This document shows, piece after piece, positions 58,091 to 64,000 of a stretch of DNA of 64,000 bases. This stretch comes from Cyanophora paradoxa CCMP329. Its lineage: Eukaryota > Plantae > Glaucophyta. Position numbers and translations under genes: made by a program. How positions within the stretch are numbered: the stretch's first letter is position 1; every line of letters begins with the position of its first letter. Below the pieces are notes generated by a model. That model ran no database searches. It worked only from the letters and a program-made list of their open reading frames with translations, and had not been told where the DNA came from. The stretch lies in assembly GCA_004431415.1 (NCBI GenBank), contig QPMI01000230.1, positions 62,001-126,000 on the forward strand, given 5' to 3'.

Positions 58091-58132
58091 AGATTACATC
58101 ACAAGTACATGTACAGCGGACGTGGACTGGGG

Positions 58133-61100
58133 TCAGATGCGGGCGGCGACCCAGGCCTTGTCGCAGGCGGGGAGCCAGCTGTCGAGCAGGGCCAGGCAGC
58201 GGTCCCCCAGGATCTCTCTGCCCGCCCCGCCCCCCTTCAGATGCAAGGGGAGCAACAAGCGGCGCAGGGCGCACCGGTCGTCGTCGGGGACGGCGAGGGC
58301 GATGGAGACGGGGAGGCCGGGCCGCAGGCGCGCCCTTCCACCCTGCACCCACAGGCTGCCCCGGCCCCGCACCCCCGTGAGCCCCGGAGCGGAGAGTGGG
58401 GGTGCGGGGGCGCGCGTGCCTGTAGGGGTGGAGGTCGGCGGTGTGGCGGACGACGTGGCGGAGCTCGAGCTGCCGGGGCCGGGCGTGGGTGAAGCTGCGA
58501 GGGGGCGGGAGCGGGGGGCGGGGCACCTTGCGGAGGCGGGGGCACGCGAGGAGCGCCTCGACCTCCCTCCGCGAGGGCCCCCGGTCCACGTACGTCTCGT
58601 ACCTGCCCCCGGGCCCGCCCGCGGCCGTCGGTCAGGCGAGCCGGCTGCGAGCGAGAGACTCTGCCGAGTGCTCTAGAGCCTGCGGGCGAGCCGGGCGGGG
58701 CTCGTGCAGCGGTACAAGGGCGGGGCGGGCGCACAGGACGGCGACGAGGGCGGGGCGCGAGGCCGCCACCAGCTCCGCAAAGGCGTCTGCCCGCACGCGG
58801 CGGAACTGTAATTAGAGGAGGCGAGAAGGGGACCGCGGCGAGGCCCCGGGCTCGCACCGGGCTCGAAGGCGCAGTAGGCGGCGGGGTCGGCGTCGGGCCC
58901 GTCGGGCAGGTCCAGCTGCGGCGCAGGCAGCAGGCAGATCTGCCCCCGCGTCAGAGCGGGGAAGACGGGGCGTGGCGGGGCGGGGCGGGGGGCCCTTGCC
59001 TTGGAGAGGGCGGCGGCGGGGAGGAGGCGGCGGACGAGGGCGGCGAGGGCGCGGCAGGCGGCGGCGACGCCCTCCGTCGAGCGCCGCGCCAGCCGCACCC
59101 GCACGTGCAGCTCCCGCAGCTGCCCGCAGCGCGCCCCTCGGCCCCGCTCCGGAGCGCAGCCGGGGCGGGGCGGGGCGGGCGTGGGGCGCACGCGGGTGAG
59201 GGCGGCGAGGTGCGGCACGCCGGGGGCGCTGGAGCCGTCGACCTGCAGGCGGGGGTCGACGAGGGCGCGGGGGGCTCGGGCGCCGGGGCGGGGGCGGACG
59301 GCGAGGGAGAGGCCGGCGAGGCCCTCGAGGCGCGCCACCGCCGCCAGCGCAGCCGCCGAGAGCGCCTTCGCCCCTGCACGCCCCGATCAAGCCGGCCTCA
59401 GCCTGGAGCACGAGGGTGGAGGGGCGGCGGGGGGCGGACAGCCGAGGTGGAGCTCGCGGAGGGAGGTGGCGGCGGGGCCGGCGGCGAGGGCGGCGAGGCC
59501 CGCCGCCACGTCCTCCGCCGCCGCCGGCGTGTGGCAGTAGAGCTCCTGCAGCGCCCCCAGCGACGCGATCTGCCGCAGGCTTCGCGGGGGGTTGAGATAG
59601 AGAAGGGGGGAAGGGCGGACGTGCTGGAGGGCGCCGCGGGCGTGCCCGAAGGCGATGGAGAGGCCGAGGTTCGCGAGCGCGGGGAGGCTCTCCACCAGCG
59701 CCTGCGCCCCCGTGCACGGTGGGGCGAGGGGAGGGGAGGATGCACGGAGGGCGGGGGGCACCTGGACGTGCTCGGCCGAGAGGGTGCAGGAGCGCGGGAG
59801 GTCCAGGACCCGCAGGGCGGGCGACAGGGGGCCTGGGGGTGCGCGATTGCGGTTGAAGGGAGAGGGGAGGGGGTCTAGGGCCGGGGGCGGACCGAGGAGG
59901 GAGGCGAGGCGGGCGGGGGGCAGGGAGATGGATGCGGTGGGGAGCCAGCGGCGGGAGGCGAGGGCCGTGCAGAGCTCGAGCTCCTGGAGGGGGGCGCGTT
60001 AGGGGCTGCTGGAGCTGACGACGGGGCGCGGGTGGACCCGACCTGGAGGCCCGTGCAGGGGAAGAGGGCGACGGCGGCGTCCTGCAGGCAGACACAGCAG
60101 TCAAATGCGAGGAGATACGCAGGGAACGAGCTCCAGCTTGAGCGTGGAGAGCCCGGGCGAGGGGGGCGCACCTCGAGCATGTGCTCGAAGCGCATCGCCG
60201 GCTCCCAGCTTGCCAGCGCCCGCTCCACGTACCTGGGGGGAGGGGGGGGGATCGGATGAGGGGGTACATGTGGGCAGGGCGCGGGGGGGAGAAAGGGGGA
60301 ACGGGCGTACTCGGGGCTCGTCTTCCCGTAGATCGTGACGCTGCGTCGAGGGGGTACCGGTGCAAGGTCAGCTCCGCTGCGGGGCGGCCCCCGGGGAGGG
60401 GTGCGGGGCGGACCTGACGGAGGAGAGGGAGGGGAAGGCGCGGGCGGCGGCGGCGAGGAGGCCGCCGAGCTCCGGCACGAAGTGCGCGAACGCCCGCGCG
60501 AACTCCACCTGCGCCCCGGCTCGAGCCCCCGCGGGGCCGCCCGGCTTCAGGGGCGGGGCGGGGCACCGAGCGCTGCGGGAGGTCGTCGGCGGCGAACTCG
60601 TCCGGACCGGATTCGAACTCGTCGTCGTCGGGGGTGAGGAGCAGCACCTGGGAGGCGGGGACCCGCGGGGTCAGACGGGACCGGACTGCACTTGGAGGTC
60701 TCTGCGGGGGGGCGCCTCGAGGCGGTTGGCGGAGAGGAGCTGCTCGCTGAGGAGGCGCTCGGTCCAGTTCCAGAGCACCGGCTTCCACCGGCAGCTGCAC
60801 GCCGCCCCCGCCGCCTGCGCCGCGTCCATGTCCGCCCCTGCGCCCGCCCCCCGAGCCCCCAGCGAGCTCAGCCGCGGGTCCGGCCCGGCGCGCCCGCGCG
60901 CGACGCTTCGTGGATCCAAGGCACCGGCGTAGACGCAGCGCTCCGCGGGCGCTTCGGTGCCCTCGGCGCCGCCCTGCGGCCCGCTTTTCTTCTCGCGGCC
61001 GAAGAGCTCGGCGCATATCTTGAGGCTCGGCCAGGCGACGCTGTACAGGAGCCGCTGGAAACGGCGGCTGACCTGCGAGCCCGGCGTGAGCGCGGCGCGG

Positions 61101-61557
61101 CGCAGCGCAGCGCGTTCGGCTTGTTTAGATGAATCACGCGCGCGCCTGGCCCACGCCGCTCTCGAACGCGTCCTCGGCGCCGAGCATGACGAAGACCCTC
61201 TGAATGAGGTCGTCCTGCGCGGCGCCGACAGCTCGGTGGGACCCCCGTGGGCGCAGGAGGTCACGTACGTACCGGGAGCAGGTCAAAGGGAGAGGCCGGC
61301 TCGGCCGCTGCCGGCCGCACGCAGCTGGCGTTCGAAGTTTCCTCTTGAAGAGTCCTGAGCGCGGCCTCGGCCAAGGACTCTTCTTCTTGTCGTCGACGTT
61401 TCGCTGCACTTCCAAGTCTGCCAAGCGTGGCCTCTAGTTCCGCCTCCGCCAGCTCCAGCGTGCTGCCGGGCTCCGCGCGCGCCGGCTCCGCGGCCGCGGC
61501 CGTATCCATCCGGCGCTTCCCTCCAGCCCTCAAAAGTCCAGCTAAACGTCGGAACAT
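58133..61557 (-). CDS. F-box/leucine-rich-repeat protein; multi-exon (start 61557 or 61509)
   Basis: F-box SPFDLLP|DDLIQRVFVML..Q|VSRRFQRLL. LRRs LQELEL, LRVLDL, LPALANLGL, LQELYC, LRELHL, CPRLRK|LELR. Confidence 0.75.
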
Positions 61558-61652
61558 AGCGCGCGCCGCCGCGCGGCCGTGCGCGCGAAGAAGTTAGAGG
61601 GGGTCTTGCCGGGAGCGGGTACACGCTTTTCGGTTTAGGCACTAACTCTGCG

Positions 61653-64000
61653 ATGAGCCGGCGAAGCCAAGCGAGCTTCGCCGTCGTCGCGGCACCGGCC
61701 GTGACCGGCAGCAGTCACACGGGCGTCGCGCGGACCGCCGTCTCCGCGTTCGGCGCCCCAATAGTTATCCGGACGGCCGCCGAGCGCAGCGCCGTGTGCT
61801 GGCGATGCTACGTCGACAAATCGCCTGTTCGGGCCGTCGGCGTGCACCGACGCATGCGTCCGAGCCGCCAGTTTGTGTGCACAGCGTCTGCGGCGCCCCT
61901 ACCGGGCGGTCCTACCCCGAACGAGCGGAGGCGACGGCCGAGCTTCCGCATGCCTCCGATTGTCGCTCAGCGGGCGCGCGCGCTCGAAGCCATCGAGGCG
62001 GTCCTTAAGCAGCTCGGCCGAAGCGTCCTCCGCGCTCTCCGGCAGCGGCTGCTTGATCTCCTCCGGCGCCCGACGCGCCGGCCGCTGCTGGCGGTGGTGG
62101 ACTCGTCCTCGGGAGGCGGCACGACGGCGGCGGCGCACGCGGAGGCGGCCGCGGAGGAGGAGGAGGTGGAGGCGGAGGTCGGCCGCGCCTCCGAGTTCGT
62201 CGCCTCCGACGTCCCCTCCATCGACGTGCGCCCCTCCTCTCCACTCGCCCCCACCCCCGCCCCCGCCGCGCCCCGCGGGGACCCGCAAGGGGCGACTCGG
62301 CCCCGCGGGGATGCGGGCATGGGCGGCGCCCCTCGGGGCGCGCAACCGACGCGCGCGGGCGCAGGTCGCTTTGACGGTCGGCGAGGTGGTCCAGATGCTG
62401 CATCAAACACACGAGGCCTCCTGCGACGTCCTGCCCCGTGCGCCCCCGCCCCGTCCCGCCGCGCCGCGCCGCGCGCGCCGCCGCCGCCGAGCCGCGTGCG
62501 GGGGCAGGGTGCCACCTGGAGCGGCTGTACGTGACGGCGGACCACGAGACGGCGGTGGAGATCGTGGAGAAGCCGGCGGCGCGGGAGGAGCGGGAGGCGG
62601 GCGAGGGGGCGCGGAGCCCGGCCTCCCCCGCCTCGCCCGGCTCCCCCGCCGACGCCAAGGAGCTCGTCGGCTTCATCTACCTCGACGACCTGGTACCCCC
62701 CCGCCCCCCCCCCCCCTCCACCCGCACCCCTTCCTTCGCAGGAGCTGACGCCGGGGCGCGCGCGCGGGGCAGCTGCTGAACCCGCCCTCGACGCCCGTCC
62801 GCCAGATCCTCCACCGCAACGAGCTCGTCATCAACGTGCGCCCCCGCGCACCGCACGCCCCGTCAGAGCGCGCGCGTACCCCCGCCGACCCGCGTACCCC
62901 CCGCAGGTGCACGAGAAGCGGCAGCAGTTCGTCCGCAACATCCTCAAGATGGGCCTCCCCAACGCCCCCGTCGTCGACGACTTCGGCCGTTTCGTCGGTC
63001 CGCGCGCCTCGCCCCGTACCCCCGGCCGCAACCGCGCCACCCCCGACCCTCCGTGCCCGGCAGGGATCGTCACCGCGAGCGACGTCGCGACCATCGTGGA
63101 CGAGGACGCCGGTTCGAGTCCCCGCGGCGGCGCTCCGCGCCGGGGGCGGGGCCGGGGGTCTGAGGCGGGGGCCCGGGGCAGCGGACGACGTGCTGCGGAT
63201 GTCGGGGGTGGCGGTGTCGAGCCCGTCGGCGGCCGTGCGCTCCTACTTCGAGACCCCCTTCCACGAGATGATCAAGCAGCGCCTCCCCTGGCGCGCCCGG
63301 CCCCCCTGCCTCCCCCGACCGCCCCTGATGGCGCACCCCCGGGCAGGCTCGGCGGCCTGCTCGTCCTCCAGTCCGTCTCCTCCTTGTGCGGCGCACCCCC
63401 CCGCCCGCCTCGCGCGGGCCTCGGGGCGCTGAGGGCGCGGGGCCAGCATCCTGGCGGGCTACGAGGACCTCATCTCCAAGCACCTCGCCATCGCGGTCCC
63501 CGCCCCCGCCCGCCCTCCCCGCCGCCCCCGGGCCCCTCGTGACATCCCCCGGCGCAGCTCTTCCTGACGATGCTGATCGGCACGGGGGGCAACTCGGGGA
63601 ACCAGAGCTCCGCCCTCGTCGTCCGCGGCCTCGCCACCGGTGCCCCCGCCCCCCGCCCCTCGCCCCTCGCCCCCCCCGGCCGACGGCGCGGGGCGGGCAG
63701 GGGAGATGGAGGGGGTGCGCCCGGCGCTGCGCGTCCTCTGGCGCGAGTTCCGCCTCTCCCTCGTCATGGCCACGTCCGCCCGCCCCGCCCCGCCCCAGGC
63801 CCCCAGGCCCCCAGGCCCCTGCGCTCGTCCTCGCCCCCTGACCCCTTCCCTCGCGGCGCAGGCTGCTGGGGAGCATCTCGTTCTGCCGCGTGGCGGCGAC
63901 GCCGCACGCCTCCTTCATGGACGCCGTGCGCGGGCCCCGGCCCGGCCCGGCCCGGGCGGCGCTGGAGCTGACGGCGGCGCCGCAGGTCGCCATCTCCATC
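61653..64000 (+). CDS. mgtE: MgtE-type Mg2+ transporter (CBS pair + MgtE membrane domain) with transit-peptide-like N-terminus; runs off the right edge
   Basis: LTVGEVVQML, LYVT..LVGFIYLDDL|LL, APVVDDFGRFV|GIVTASDV, YFETPFHEMIKQRLPW|LGGLLVLQSVSS, LFLTMLIGTGGNSGNQSSALVVRGLATG|E..VLWREF. N-terminus is Ser/Ala/Arg-rich with an early Phe (MSRRSQASFAV). Confidence 0.92.

Noticed and set aside
1-64000. Hundreds of long Ala/Arg/Gly/Pro-rich ORFs on all six frames (e.g. 8842-10947, 21785-24055, 50417-53047, 58812-61016)
   Set aside because: Stops are rare at this GC content. The real genes are spliced and only patches of these ORFs carry domain motifs.
1-64000. Introner (repeated intron family) elements
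   Set aside because: Introns share composition and short motifs, but I see no alignable copies or terminal inverted repeats within this window.

Overview
Gene-dense, very GC-rich (about 75% by eye) eukaryotic nuclear DNA. I can reconstruct about 27 protein-coding genes by hand, split by many short (mostly 50-100 nt) spliceosomal introns. Most long Ala/Arg/Gly/Pro ORFs in the supplied track are artefacts. Genes in order: CHD-type chromatin remodeller (5' part), HtrL/YibB protein, DUF1990 protein, MATH-coiled coil, CrfC/YjdA-like bacterial-type dynamin, F-box/LRR, small orphan ORF, MFS transporter, coiled-coil/C1q-like protein, two F-box-LRR-ankyrin genes, PX-F-box-LysM, DHHC acyltransferase, PTEN-like phosphatase, hypothetical protein, secreted PSI-heme peroxidase-DUF4189-like fusion, RCL1, YJU2, DDHD phospholipase, V-ATPase c, leishmanolysin, BTB protein, Cys/Met-rich Ctr copper transporter, F-box/LRR, and MgtE (5' part) with a Phe-containing transit-peptide-like extension. 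These traits suggest a glaucophyte alga such as Cyanophora (inference only). Notable genome-level signals: (1) 15 of 81 hand-traced introns use GC donors, and the donor consensus is atypical; (2) the longer intergenic gaps are chains of overlapping short palindromes sharing a common vocabulary; (3) GTACCCC/GGGGTAC is strongly over-represented; (4) head-to-head gene pairs have as little as 62-69 nt between ATGs. No rRNA, tRNA, CRISPR array or transposase was recognised. Exon boundaries and family calls come from manual reading and motif recall, not database searches.
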